The translations under genes and the position numbers were made by a program. The notes under the pieces are model-generated. The model was not told the DNA's origin. It was given only the letters and a program-made list of their open reading frames with translations, and did no database searches. DNA of 64,000 bases from Vulcanimicrobiota bacterium (GTDB lineage: Bacteria; Vulcanimicrobiota; Vulcanimicrobiia; Vulcanimicrobiales; Vulcanimicrobiaceae), in assembly GCA_963786515.1 (NCBI GenBank), contig CAWAZM010000017.1:17832-81831 (forward strand), read 5' to 3'. The stretch's first letter is position 1; the number at the start of each line of letters is the position of its first letter. Of this stretch, positions 49,013 through 58,830 are shown in pieces.

Positions 49013-49511
49013 CGGCCTCGATTTCCGATATGGCCGATGCGTGCGTGCCGACGAAGGCTTTGAACGATGTACCGTGCCCGTCGATCACGTAGACGGCCGG
49101 AATATCGAGACCCGTCGCGGCGCGCCGATCGTCGCTAACGTTCGAACCATCGAACTCCGGAGCCGTCAATACTCCGACTGGAAATGTGACGCCGTATTCG
49201 GCGACGAGTGCTCGAGCTTTCGCCGGACTCTCGAGTTCGTCGATTCCCAGAAAACGGGCGTGGCTGCTTCGGGCGAGGCGCTCGATCGCCGGCAGATTCT
49301 CGCGGCACGGGTCGCACCAGGCGGCGAATACCACAAGAACCGTCACCCGCCCATGCGGATCCCGCAGCGGCAACGTTCCACCGGCGATATTCGGTAACGT
49401 TATCGCGGGAACCGGCGCTCCCGGCGCGCGCAACGCGGCAATGTCCGACGGAGCGGCGCCGGGCGCGAATCCCACGGCCGCAACAAGCGCCAGCAGCATC
49501 GATGCAGTCAT
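48987..49511 (-). CDS. TlpA/ResA-like periplasmic thiol:disulfide oxidoreductase
   Basis: Signal peptide, then the thioredoxin motif VFAAWCDPCRENLP. Confidence 0.8.
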   Translation of the reverse strand: MTASMLLALVAAVGFAPGAAPSDIAALRAPGAPVPAITLPNIAGGTLPLRDPHGRVTVLVVFAAWCDPCRENLPAIERLARSSHARFLGIDELESPAKARALVAEYGVTFPVGVLTAPEFDGSNVSDDRRAATGLDIPAVYVIDGHGTSFKAFVGTHASAISEIEAAIGEAKRR

Positions 49512-49626
49512 GTCGACAGTATGCGGCTTTCCGGACCAAAAGTCTCAAGGAAAGGTTCTCAAAACGCTCAAAAAAGTGATCCGACCGAGAGCTTTTGAAG
49601 ACGCGGCGAACGTCGTGATCTATCCT

Positions 49627-50136
49627 ATGTGTATCGTGACCCTCGACACCGACCGTCTGACACTCCGCCCGTTCACCGCACGAGACGTTGCCGAAGCCGT
49701 CGCGATCTACGCAGATCCAGAGAACATGCGCTTCATCCCCGGCGGCGTGTGGACCGAACAGCAGACGTCCGGCCTCATCGAGCGCTTCTCCGCGCACGCC
49801 CGAGAACGGGGCTACGGTCTCCTCGCCGTTCGAGAGCGCTGCTCGTTACAGCTGATCGGCCACTCCGGGCTCAGCTCCATCGCGGAAACGGCGGAAATCG
49901 AAGTGGCCTACCTGATCGACCGGCCGTTTTGGCGCCGGGGCTTCGCCACCGAAGCGGCCGCGGCGGTCGTTGCCGACGGATTCACTCGCGCCGGCGTGGC
50001 GCGGATCATCGGTCTCACAATGCCCGAGAATATCCCGTCGCGCCGGGTACTCGCGAAGCTCGGTATGAAGACGATTGGAGAAGCAGAGTACTTTCGCACG
50101 AGAATGATCGTGCATGAGTTGTTCGCTACTTCCTAG
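49627..50136 (+). CDS. GNAT family N-acetyltransferase (RimJ/RimL-like)
   Basis: TDRLTLRPFTARD N-terminus and the RRGFATEAAAAVV acetyl-CoA motif. The upstream part of ORF 49186-50136 is antisense to tlpA. Confidence 0.75.
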   Translation: MCIVTLDTDRLTLRPFTARDVAEAVAIYADPENMRFIPGGVWTEQQTSGLIERFSAHARERGYGLLAVRERCSLQLIGHSGLSSIAETAEIEVAYLIDRPFWRRGFATEAAAAVVADGFTRAGVARIIGLTMPENIPSRRVLAKLGMKTIGEAEYFRTRMIVHELFATS

Positions 50137-50188
50137 CACTGAAAACAAAAAAGGCGGCTGCTCTACAGTTTGAGTTCCGTCCCTGCGT

Positions 50189-51400
50189 TCAGTGGAGTGC
50201 CCACAACCATAGGACGGTGACGGCGAGACACGCCGGAACGACGGCTAGGCCAAGCTTTATATACTGACGCAAACTGACGCGCACGCCGTGTCGCCGTAAG
50301 ACGTCTAAGCAGAGCAGCGTCGCGATCGAGCCGCCGAACGTGAGGTTCGGTCCAAGATCGACGCCGGCGATGAGCGGATACGCGACGTGGCCGGTAGGAT
50401 CGTGCGCGACGGCGTACGCACCCGCGATCGCCACCGGCAAGTTGTTGAACAAGTTGGAAAGCACTGCGACCGCGCCGGCGGAAGAAGCGGCCACAGCGAG
50501 ATCGAACTGATGGTGGTCGAGCGATTGAATCGCGCCGTTGGCCGCGTTGCTGCGAACGACGGCGTCGAGCAGCACGAATAACCCACACAACATCGCGAGT
50601 GTCGTCCACCCCATGCGCCGCACGACTCGAACCGGCGACACGCCGGCGAGTGCAAGAAGAAGGAGCGCGGCGATCGCGGCGACGGGCCCGAGCGGATAAT
50701 GCACGATCAGCGCGATGATGTACGCAACCGTCACGAACATCAATCCAACTCCGACGCGTAACGCCTTCGGATGTTCGACGTGCGCGAGAGGCACCGCATA
50801 TGTCCCGTTCAATTGCTTGCGAAAGATCCATAAGAAGATAACGAGATTGATCGCGATCGCAGCAACTTCGGGAACGCCTAGGTGCAGCAGATACGACCAG
50901 ATAGCCGGGTGTGGTAGAATCACGACGTTTGCCGGATTCGAAAACGGTAAACCGAACGACGCCGTGTCGGCGACGAAGAGCCCGGCAAGCACGTACGGCA
51001 TTGGATCGATCCCAAGTCCGCTCACCGCGTCGTAGATGATCGGCGTCAGGATCACCGCCGTCGCGTCGTTCGAGAGCAGCGCCGTCATCGCAGCACCGAT
51101 CAAGAACGTCCATACGAACAGGCGCCGTCGCTCGCCGCGGCCGTACGTTAAAAGTTTACCCGCAATCGATCGAAAGACGCCCGCCTCGGACGCGACGGCG
51201 CCAAGCCCCATCAATCCGCCAATAAACAGCAGCACGTTCCATTGCCGCTCGATCGCGCCGGCGGCCAATTGCGGCGCTTCGAAACCGGCGACCATCATAG
51301 CTACCGCCCCCGCGATCGGCCAGACCCATGCGGGCACCCCGCGCGGACGAATGGTCAACATTGCTACAGACACTGCGGCGATGAGAACGATTACGCCCAT
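50189..51400 (-). CDS. ArsB/NhaD-superfamily permease
   Basis: 403 aa, 10 or more TM helices, with the internal duplicated layout typical of this superfamily. Confidence 0.6.
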   Translation of the reverse strand: MGVIVLIAAVSVAMLTIRPRGVPAWVWPIAGAVAMMVAGFEAPQLAAGAIERQWNVLLFIGGLMGLGAVASEAGVFRSIAGKLLTYGRGERRRLFVWTFLIGAAMTALLSNDATAVILTPIIYDAVSGLGIDPMPYVLAGLFVADTASFGLPFSNPANVVILPHPAIWSYLLHLGVPEVAAIAINLVIFLWIFRKQLNGTYAVPLAHVEHPKALRVGVGLMFVTVAYIIALIVHYPLGPVAAIAALLLLALAGVSPVRVVRRMGWTTLAMLCGLFVLLDAVVRSNAANGAIQSLDHHQFDLAVAASSAGAVAVLSNLFNNLPVAIAGAYAVAHDPTGHVAYPLIAGVDLGPNLTFGGSIATLLCLDVLRRHGVRVSLRQYIKLGLAVVPACLAVTVLWLWALH

Positions 51401-51511
51401 CGTCCCCTCATCGGCGGACGCCGCTCACGGATGCGGATGCGTTGGACGACTCATCCGCAGCTATCGGCGGCGGAATATACAACACGTAACACAACTCCTA
51501 CAGAGACAAGG

Positions 51512-51862
51512 ATGTACATCGTGCTCGTTCCCCTCATACTCAGCTCGCTCGTCGGGTTTTCATCAGCGCCGCCGGTAGGACTGGCAACGTGCGAAGTATT
51601 GACGCCAAGCGTCGTTCAGAACGACAACGGTTCCGATATGGTCGGTAGCTATGCGCTTCACGTGCGCTTTACCGATGCTACGTCCGAACCTATTTCTCGC
51701 GTTACCTTTACGCTCGATGACGGCTCGCAGGTCACCGATGTTGGAACGTTCAGTCCGGGAGTCGCAATCAATCACGCCCTCGATCTATCCAGCACCGCTG
51801 CGACGTCATGCGTGGTTACGATCGTACGATTTGAAAACGGAACGACCTGGAACGCGACCTGA
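51512..51862 (+). CDS. Small secreted hypothetical protein
   Basis: MYIVLVPLILSSLVGFSSA signal-like N-terminus, 116 aa. Confidence 0.45.
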   Translation: MYIVLVPLILSSLVGFSSAPPVGLATCEVLTPSVVQNDNGSDMVGSYALHVRFTDATSEPISRVTFTLDDGSQVTDVGTFSPGVAINHALDLSSTAATSCVVTIVRFENGTTWNAT

Positions 51863-51872
51863 ACGTCGATAC

Positions 51873-52721
51873 TTACACCGCCAGCGCGCCGAAGCCGTCG
51901 TACGAACCGTTCGACGCCCTGGCGATCCGCTGTAACTCTCGTACGACTTTACGAACCGTTGGGTAGTTAATCTTCGATCGGATGCGCGCGCGAACTTCGG
52001 TTTGACTGAAGAGGCCCGATTTCGGCAATAGGAATGCTTCGACATCGGGCCGCTGTAGCTCCGCGAGCGCGGTGGTAGCATCCTCAGCCTTGCGAAAACT
52101 CAACGTGTGATCGAAGACGAGCTCGTCAACGCCGCCCGTCACCTGCTCGCGAAGAATCGCAAGGACGAGGCGCGATTTATTGATCTGCTCGAGCGTCGAG
52201 GCATCCGGTAATTCGGTGTCGACGCCAACGTTGAGGCTGAGCGCGACTTCGAAGGTTGTCGGGTCTTGCGGTACGACCGACGGCGCGTCGCGAAACTCCG
52301 GCGAGTCGTCAGAATCGATCATCGCGCGAATGAACAACGTTTCCGGGTCGTACTCGGCGAGTACGCGCCTGCCACCCTTCGCAACTGCTTTGAATCGGGG
52401 CAGCGACACGATGTCGATGTCTTTCGCAAGCGCCATGCCCGGCGGCGCCGGCATTTTGAGATACGTGCCGTCGCGAAGGCCGACCGTATCGACGACCCAG
52501 CTGGACCAGCCCTCCGGGCGCCACGTCATGACGGCCGACGCGTCCGGGCGAATCAGCGCCGGGCCAAACGTCGTCACGAACATGCGCTCCGGCGTCAGGC
52601 GGCCGATCGTCGCGAAGACGACGCCCGGTTCCGGCAAGACGATTGCGATCGCGTCGCCGGCCGCAAACCGTCCGCCGTACGCCGGATCGAGCTCGAGAGC
52701 GCCTTCGGGGTTGGGATCCAT
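51873..52721 (-). CDS. Hypothetical protein
   Basis: ATG at 52721 (MDPNPEGALELDP...). The upstream part of the 457-aa ORF is Arg-rich shadow. No motif recognised. Confidence 0.45.
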   Translation of the reverse strand: MDPNPEGALELDPAYGGRFAAGDAIAIVLPEPGVVFATIGRLTPERMFVTTFGPALIRPDASAVMTWRPEGWSSWVVDTVGLRDGTYLKMPAPPGMALAKDIDIVSLPRFKAVAKGGRRVLAEYDPETLFIRAMIDSDDSPEFRDAPSVVPQDPTTFEVALSLNVGVDTELPDASTLEQINKSRLVLAILREQVTGGVDELVFDHTLSFRKAEDATTALAELQRPDVEAFLLPKSGLFSQTEVRARIRSKINYPTVRKVVRELQRIARASNGSYDGFGALAV

Positions 52722-52844
52722 CGGGTTCAAATATCGGGGGAGGCCGGTCGCGCCCCTTGCCGCGGCAGGGTCGTTCTTCGTCTTCTCGAATGCAGTAAAA
52801 CTGTTATTATGTTTCCTTGGCGGTAAGCGGGAGAGGAGGCGCCA

Positions 52845-53801
52845 GTGGCAGCTCGGACCCGGCGGGGCACTCCGGTCGTCGATCCGAGGATCCTCGACCT
52901 GATGGCGTACCTGCGGCTGGAACGCAACCGCAGCAAGCTGACGGTCGAGGCATACGCACGCGACCTCCATGAGTTCGGCGCGTACGTAGCGCGCCTTGCT
53001 GCGGATCAATCGCCGATGGGCCGGGAATATCCGCAATTGCTCGGCGCGACGACATCGGACGTGCGGCGTTACGTGATGCACGTTTCGGGCGACAAAGGCT
53101 ACGATATGCGCACCGTGCGCCGCAAGCTGTCGTCGGTCAAAGCGTTGTACAAATTCCTCAAACTCACCGGCGTGCGCGACGACGACCCGGCGTCGATCGT
53201 GCCGGGCCCGAAACTCGAACGAAAGCTGCCCGAGCACCTCGACCAAGACGAGGTTCGCGGCCTTTTGAATACCCAGGCAGTCGCCGGCCGCCCCGAAGAC
53301 CGCAAACGCCGCGATATCGCCATCCTCGAGCTGTTATACGCCGCCGGCATCCGGCGTGCCGAGGTCACCACGATCGACCTCGGCGACGTCAACCTCAAAA
53401 ACCGCGAAGTACGGATTCACGGCAAGGGCAGCAAAGAACGCGTGGTGCTGATCAACCGCTCGGCGGCCGAAGCGATCGCCGCCTACCTGGCCGTTCGCCC
53501 GCGCAGCTCCGACGACGCGCTGTTCCTGGGCCGGGGCGGCAAACGGTTGTCGCCGATGCACGTCTGGCGTATCTTCCGTGAGGTCTACAAGATCAGCGGC
53601 GTGCAGCGTCACGCGAGCCCGCATACGCTGCGTCATTCGTTCGCCACGCATTTGGCCGAGAACGACGTCAACCTCGAAACGATTCGAGAGTTTCTCGGCC
53701 ACGAAAGCCTCGCGACCACCGGTATCTATCTACGGATGTCGATGCAGCACAAGAAACGCGCGTACGATCGCGCGCATCCGCGCGATAAGATGGACGAATG
53801 A
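52845..53801 (+). CDS. Tyrosine recombinase XerC/XerD type
   Basis: N-terminal SAM-like domain (LRLERNRSKLTVEAYARDL). Catalytic ELLYAAGIRRAE ... HTLRHSFATHL ... LGHESLATTGIYLRM. Confidence 0.85.
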   Translation: MAARTRRGTPVVDPRILDLMAYLRLERNRSKLTVEAYARDLHEFGAYVARLAADQSPMGREYPQLLGATTSDVRRYVMHVSGDKGYDMRTVRRKLSSVKALYKFLKLTGVRDDDPASIVPGPKLERKLPEHLDQDEVRGLLNTQAVAGRPEDRKRRDIAILELLYAAGIRRAEVTTIDLGDVNLKNREVRIHGKGSKERVVLINRSAAEAIAAYLAVRPRSSDDALFLGRGGKRLSPMHVWRIFREVYKISGVQRHASPHTLRHSFATHLAENDVNLETIREFLGHESLATTGIYLRMSMQHKKRAYDRAHPRDKMDE

Positions 53802-54697
53802 TTCCGCCGATCGACCCGTACGCGATCTACGCGCGGGCGCAATCCTATTGGCTCTCGCAGAGATACCCGCAAATGTTGGCCTATCGCGTCGTTGTCCGGA
53901 TCGTCGAAGGCGGCAAAGAACGAGTGGAACGCTACGAAACGCGCTTCGACGCTACCGGCGATGAGATATCCGTGGATCCGGTCAGCGATTTCGAAAGAGC
54001 TAACCCGGTCCGGCCGCCCGGCGGTTTGAACGTTTCGCTGTTCGGGTTTTACCGCATTGGAAAGCCGGAACCGCAAGTTGACTTCCTGGGCGTTCCGCGT
54101 TTAACTCCAACCTATTCGTTCGGAATGGCGCCGTTCGTGCCGGCGCCCGAACCGACGCCGTTCAACTCCGCCGCGCTCGTTGCCGAGATCCGTAAGGAAT
54201 ATCACGACCCCGATCCGCGCGTAACGCCGACGCCGACGCCGTCCGCGGAGCCGCCGGTCATCGCCGTCGTCGTCGCAGCGCACCGAGCCTATATCATGCG
54301 CTACGCCGGTCAGGAGACCGTCAACGGACACCTATGCTATCACGTGACAATGCGGGCGGTCCGCGATCCGGGAAAATACCGCTTGCGCGATTTGTGGGTT
54401 GACGAAAACGATTATTCCGTTTGGCGCCTGCGCGTCGGCATTAACTTCACGAGCGGTCCCGGAACCCAAATTCCGTGGCTGGTCGACTTCACCGATATCG
54501 ACGGCGAACGGTATATCGACCGCGAAACCGCCGGCGCGCCGATGGCGGTGGCCGGCGAAATCTACACGCAGGCGTCGGTGGAGTTCGAAAACGTCGGAGC
54601 GGCCGGCGACGAGGCGTCGCCGATGCCGCTACAGTTACCCTTGCGGAATACGCTCGAAGAACCGACACCGATACCGGCGGCTAGCTCGAGCAGGTAA
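53798..54697 (+). CDS. Hypothetical protein translationally coupled to the recombinase
   Basis: ATGA overlap with the xer stop. 299 aa, with an internal TPTPTP linker. Confidence 0.45.
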   Translation: MIPPIDPYAIYARAQSYWLSQRYPQMLAYRVVVRIVEGGKERVERYETRFDATGDEISVDPVSDFERANPVRPPGGLNVSLFGFYRIGKPEPQVDFLGVPRLTPTYSFGMAPFVPAPEPTPFNSAALVAEIRKEYHDPDPRVTPTPTPSAEPPVIAVVVAAHRAYIMRYAGQETVNGHLCYHVTMRAVRDPGKYRLRDLWVDENDYSVWRLRVGINFTSGPGTQIPWLVDFTDIDGERYIDRETAGAPMAVAGEIYTQASVEFENVGAAGDEASPMPLQLPLRNTLEEPTPIPAASSSR

Positions 54698-55529
54698 TCT
54701 CCCAGGCGTTCAGGTTGAGGTGTTTGCGTAGAGCCGTTTCTTTGTACGCCGCCTCGGCGGGACAGACGTCGTTGACGAACTGCTCTTTCGATCCCTTATA
54801 TTCGATATCGACGACGAGTGCGTTATCGTCGGTGTACGGGGTAAATTGCTGGCAGTACTTCTGCTGATAGCATTGCTCCAACACCGCGAAGTCGAAATAC
54901 GGGCGCAGGTCTTTGACCTGATCGTTATCGTTTTTCTGATCGATCGACATGTTGAGCGAATGCACTTCGGTTGCCAACCATTCGTCGTAGGCCAGCTGGT
55001 CTTGCGACGTTATTTTGAAGCCCGTCTTGTTTTCGAACCCGTCGATGTTATCGGGATCGACCGCGTCGAAGCCCTTTTGCGCGCACATCTGGAAACGCGC
55101 AGCCATGATCGGCTCCAGGATCGAGAGTTGCCGCACGTCGAGCCACCGTTCGCCCTTCCAATGGCCGTCGGGATTTCCGATGACGCTCTTCGGAAACTGT
55201 TTGGCATCCGGTCGCCAATCTTCCCAAGTACCCGCAGAGATGTAGCACACCACGTGGCGGTTGTCTTGATGTAGCTGGCTCACGGTGTCCGCTTTGGTCT
55301 CGAATCCGTCGAGATCGTAGGTGTCGGCGTTGACGCTCAAGTCGAGCTTTCCATCGTATTGAATCGCGAACGTGGATTGCGCGGGCGGAATCCAAACCGC
55401 GGCATGCCGGATCCTCGCTGCGCCGGCGCCCGCCGCAAGCGGAACGTTGGAGCCGGTTTGTCCTCCCGTACAGGCGCTCAGGATGAGCGCCGTGAGAGCG
55501 AAAATGGACGTGCGAGCCGAACGATGCAT
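54681..55529 (-). CDS. GH114-type endo-alpha-1,4-polygalactosaminidase-like lipoprotein
   Basis: ATG at 55529 behind an AAAGGAGA SD, lipobox LILSACTG, signature VVCYISAGTWEDWRPDA ... FDAVDPDNIDGF. Confidence 0.7.
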   Translation of the reverse strand: MHRSARTSIFALTALILSACTGGQTGSNVPLAAGAGAARIRHAAVWIPPAQSTFAIQYDGKLDLSVNADTYDLDGFETKADTVSQLHQDNRHVVCYISAGTWEDWRPDAKQFPKSVIGNPDGHWKGERWLDVRQLSILEPIMAARFQMCAQKGFDAVDPDNIDGFENKTGFKITSQDQLAYDEWLATEVHSLNMSIDQKNDNDQVKDLRPYFDFAVLEQCYQQKYCQQFTPYTDDNALVVDIEYKGSKEQFVNDVCPAEAAYKETALRKHLNLNAWEITCSS

Positions 55530-55533
55530 CACG

Positions 55534-56268
55534 ATGAAGTCTCCTTTCACAGTGCGTTCGACGCCGCTTCTTCTTCTCGTGCTGGCGATTACGGGATGCT
55601 CCAATCAAGCACCGTATGTAACGACCGTTGGCTTGCTTAGCCCGGGCGCCACGATGTCGATCCGCTCCGTGGGCGGCACGATCAGCGCCTTCGCCCCGTC
55701 TGCGGGCGAGCCGCGCGACCGTTTTACGATCAGCGCCACCGCCGAGAAAGGCAAAACTCAATCGGCGCCGCCGAAGCTCCGGGCGGGACGCGACGGCTTG
55801 ACGGTCGGCGTGCCGCAGCCGGTTGGCTCGTTGTTGGTGCGCGTACCCGACGGCGTCGCGCTCGAGGTTGACTCGAAGAGCGGCGACGTGCACGTGACGA
55901 ATATCACCGGCGCCGTCCGCGTGCGAACCGACAAGGGCGACGTGCAAATCATGGTGCGGTCGTACGCGCAAGCATCGGTTGGCGACGGAAATCTTTCATC
56001 GACCATGGGCTCGATGGATTGGCCCGGCACGTTGCACTACTCGATCGGTCGTGGCGACGCCGAAGTGTGGGTGAACGAGAACGCCAAGTTCCACGTGCGC
56101 TTGCACACGGACAACGGTATGCTGTTTACCGACTTCAATCTTCGCGGTACGTCCGAGGGCCGTTCCGAAACGATCGATGGCGATGTCAACGGCGGTGGCC
56201 CGCGGTCGATCGACATCGAAACGCAAGCCGGCGCGATCCGTCTCTTAAAGCTCCACCCGCAAGCGTAG
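55534..56268 (+). CDS. DUF4097-like (putative adhesin repeat) lipoprotein
   Basis: MKSPFTVRSTPLLLLVLAITGCS lipobox. Repeated GDVHVTNITGAVRVRTDKGDVQI-type beta repeats. Confidence 0.65.
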   Translation: MKSPFTVRSTPLLLLVLAITGCSNQAPYVTTVGLLSPGATMSIRSVGGTISAFAPSAGEPRDRFTISATAEKGKTQSAPPKLRAGRDGLTVGVPQPVGSLLVRVPDGVALEVDSKSGDVHVTNITGAVRVRTDKGDVQIMVRSYAQASVGDGNLSSTMGSMDWPGTLHYSIGRGDAEVWVNENAKFHVRLHTDNGMLFTDFNLRGTSEGRSETIDGDVNGGGPRSIDIETQAGAIRLLKLHPQA

Positions 56269-56280
56269 GTTACGCCGTGC

Positions 56281-57213
56281 TTACAAACGTGCCCGGGAGA
56301 GAACCGATTCGCGCGCTTTGATCAGGCGTACGATCGTTTCGTTCACCGGCGTAGGTGTGTCGCTCCGGCGTCCGTATGCAACGACCGCGCCGTTGATGTG
56401 ATCGATCTCACTCGGATGGCCCGACTCCAAATCGAACGCCATCGAACTCTTCGCGTCGGCGCCCAGTGCGATCACTTCTTTCACGTAGTCCCAAGCGTTC
56501 GAAAACGGCAATGCGATTTTTTGCGCCGCGGCGACGGCTGCGGCTTCGGATGCCAATGCGTGCGCGACTTGTGCGGCGTTACGATCGCGCGGAATCGCAC
56601 CGGACTCACAATCGAGCAGCGCCGACAGCGCGTTAATCGCGCAGTTCGCGACCAGCTTACCCCAGAGATGCGGCCGGATGTCGTAGACGACGGAGGCTTG
56701 GAGCCCGCTCTTGGTCAGCAGATCGGCCACCGAACGAAGCGTGGCTTGCGATGTCGCATTCGAACCCAAGATCGAGTTGCCGCCGTGCGAGGCATGCACC
56801 CGTCCGGGCGCCAGGGTCAGCGACGATTCGGTAGTGATGCCGAGAATCACCGGCACCGATCCGCCGAGCGCGGTCTTGATCGCGGTTTCGTTACCGATGC
56901 CGTTTTGCAGCGATACGATCGGCGATGCCGGGTCGAGTTCGCCGGCAAACGGGCGCAAAGCGCGCAACGTATCGACGGCTTTAACGAAGAGGAATAAAAC
57001 GCTCGAGCCGTACAGGTCGCGCGCCTCGGCGGCCACGGATACCGCTCGCGGCGGACGATCGTCGATCTGTAAACCGTCGCGCTCGATCGCCCGGCTGACC
57101 GCCGCATTTTGATCGAGTATCGTTACGTCGCACGAGTCGGCCAAATGATAGCCGAACAGCGAACCCATCGCGCCGGCGCCGATGATTCCGACTCGAGGAC
57201 GGACGCGATCCAT
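56281..57213 (-). CDS. panE: 2-dehydropantoate 2-reductase (ApbA/PanE family)
   Basis: VGIIGAGAMGSLFGYHLA Rossmann motif, 310 aa, family-typical C-terminal domain. Confidence 0.75.
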   Translation of the reverse strand: MDRVRPRVGIIGAGAMGSLFGYHLADSCDVTILDQNAAVSRAIERDGLQIDDRPPRAVSVAAEARDLYGSSVLFLFVKAVDTLRALRPFAGELDPASPIVSLQNGIGNETAIKTALGGSVPVILGITTESSLTLAPGRVHASHGGNSILGSNATSQATLRSVADLLTKSGLQASVVYDIRPHLWGKLVANCAINALSALLDCESGAIPRDRNAAQVAHALASEAAAVAAAQKIALPFSNAWDYVKEVIALGADAKSSMAFDLESGHPSEIDHINGAVVAYGRRSDTPTPVNETIVRLIKARESVLSRARL

Positions 57214-57216
57214 TGG

Positions 57217-58809
57217 CTAGAACGTGTATTGAAAGCCGGCCGTATTGCGCCGGCTGGCGTGCGTCATATCGCGTTGGCCGAAGAATAGCTCGCCATTCTT
57301 CAGGACGTGTATATTGCCGTAGAGGTCGATCATCGGATACGTCAGATCGTACACGCGCGTTTCGAGACCGAAGCCCTTCATCAGGTTGGCGCGGCCCAGG
57401 ACGCCGATTTGCGAGTACAGCACGCCGCCGCCGAAGGTGAAGTTCGAACTGTTGCCCTTGAGCAGCACCGCGTTCCAGGTCGTGTTGTTGCCGATCGAGT
57501 TGGCGCCGACCATCAAACTGGTCGAGGCATGCGGCAAGATGATCGCATTGATGTCGCCGAGCGGTCCCTGGCTCTTGGTCATGACGGGATTTAAGCCGGG
57601 ATTCTGCTGCACCGACAGCCCGCTCAACCGCAGCTGGAGTGCGATCAGACTGTGCGACAACGTGGAAAGTTCGTTGGTGATCTTGGCGTGCGCGGCCGAC
57701 GTCGGCGCCGGCGCAGGCGCCGCACCGCTCGGCGTCACCGGATAGGGCGACGCGCCCGGAACGGTGGGCGGATACGGCGTTGCATTGGGATCCACGCCCG
57801 GAACGCTGCTCTGGCCGCCCAGTTCGCCCAGCAACGAGTTGGCTCGCTGCATCGTCGCGTCGAGATTCGCCACGGTATCGCGTAACTGCGCTTGCGTCTT
57901 CGGATCGCCGGTCACGTTGTGTAAATCTTTGGTAAGCGCCGCCAGGTTTGCCGTCGTGGTGGCGATGTTTTGCGTGGTCGCCATCACGTTGGCCTTGAGC
58001 TGCGGATCCGTCGCCATACCCTCGAGCGACGCCATCGACTTGTTGAGCGATATCGAGGTGGCGTTCAACTGATCGAGCAACGCGGCCACCTTGGTCGAAT
58101 CGGTGGTCGCGGCGCCGTTCAGCGTTTGCGTGAGTTGTGCCACGTTATCGCTTGCCGCGCTCAACCCGGTCTCCAAACTCGCACTCAACGCGAGCAACCG
58201 TTGCGACAGCACTTGCATCGACGACTTGGTCGAAACCGCCAACTCGTTCGCGCTGTCGATCGTCGACTGCAGCGAGCTGAGCAGCTTGGGCGTGCGCGCT
58301 TGCAGCTCCGACATCAGCTGGTCGAACTTCTTCACTTCGCCTTGACCCGCATCGAGCAGGTCGGCGACGGTGGCGCTATTGGTGCCTTGCGGCTGTAACG
58401 CGACGGGAAGTACGCTCCGCTCCAGCGTGGCGAACGGCGGGCGTAGACCGACCGGCGGCACGATCAAGACGTTGGGCGAACCCGTCAACGGTGCTTGGAT
58501 CAGAAAGCGCGACGCTTGCGGTATGTCGACATCGTGGCTGATGGACAAGATGACGTCCACGGTATTGTCGTCGAGGAGCTTGATGTCGTCAACCGACCCG
58601 ATCTCGACGCCGCTAAAATAGACCAGCGAGCCACGCGTCACGCCGGCAGCCGAGCGGAAATGCACGCCCATCTGATAGCCGGTGCTGCGCGTTCCGAAAT
58701 CGGTGATCACGTAAAACACGCCGAACAAAAAGAGGAGGGCGACGAGCGTAAACGCGCCTACCTGCGCCTGCCTGGTCATAGCTTTTGCGTATTTGCCCTC
58801 CGCTTCCAA
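57217..58809 (-). CDS. mlaD: Long MlaD/MCE-domain protein: TM helix, MCE domain, extended coiled coil, Pro-rich linker, C-terminal beta-rich domain ending FQYTF
   Basis: QVGAFTLVALLFLFGVFYV TM helix. MCE core YQMGVHFRSAAGVTRGSLVYFSGVEIGSVDDI. About 200 aa of Ala/Leu/Thr/Gln heptad-like sequence, then PYPPTVPGASPYPVTPSGAAPAPAP. The last roughly 150 aa have alternating hydrophobicity and a terminal aromatic F. Confidence 0.8.
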   Translation of the reverse strand: MEAEGKYAKAMTRQAQVGAFTLVALLFLFGVFYVITDFGTRSTGYQMGVHFRSAAGVTRGSLVYFSGVEIGSVDDIKLLDDNTVDVILSISHDVDIPQASRFLIQAPLTGSPNVLIVPPVGLRPPFATLERSVLPVALQPQGTNSATVADLLDAGQGEVKKFDQLMSELQARTPKLLSSLQSTIDSANELAVSTKSSMQVLSQRLLALSASLETGLSAASDNVAQLTQTLNGAATTDSTKVAALLDQLNATSISLNKSMASLEGMATDPQLKANVMATTQNIATTTANLAALTKDLHNVTGDPKTQAQLRDTVANLDATMQRANSLLGELGGQSSVPGVDPNATPYPPTVPGASPYPVTPSGAAPAPAPTSAAHAKITNELSTLSHSLIALQLRLSGLSVQQNPGLNPVMTKSQGPLGDINAIILPHASTSLMVGANSIGNNTTWNAVLLKGNSSNFTFGGGVLYSQIGVLGRANLMKGFGLETRVYDLTYPMIDLYGNIHVLKNGELFFGQRDMTHASRRNTAGFQYTF

Positions 58810-58830
58810 GTGCCTCGTTGCATAGCCCGG

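Noticed and set aside
41598-54697. Integrated mobile element using tRNA-Gln as attachment site, with the Xer-like recombinase as integrase
   Set aside because: The recombinase is 11 kb from the tRNA and is XerC/D-like rather than phage-integrase-like. The intervening genes are ordinary metabolic genes, and I saw no duplicated tRNA 3-prime end.
55048-55971. 307-aa minus-strand ORF
   Set aside because: It overlaps both the GH114 and DUF4097 genes out of frame and is Arg-rich nonsense.
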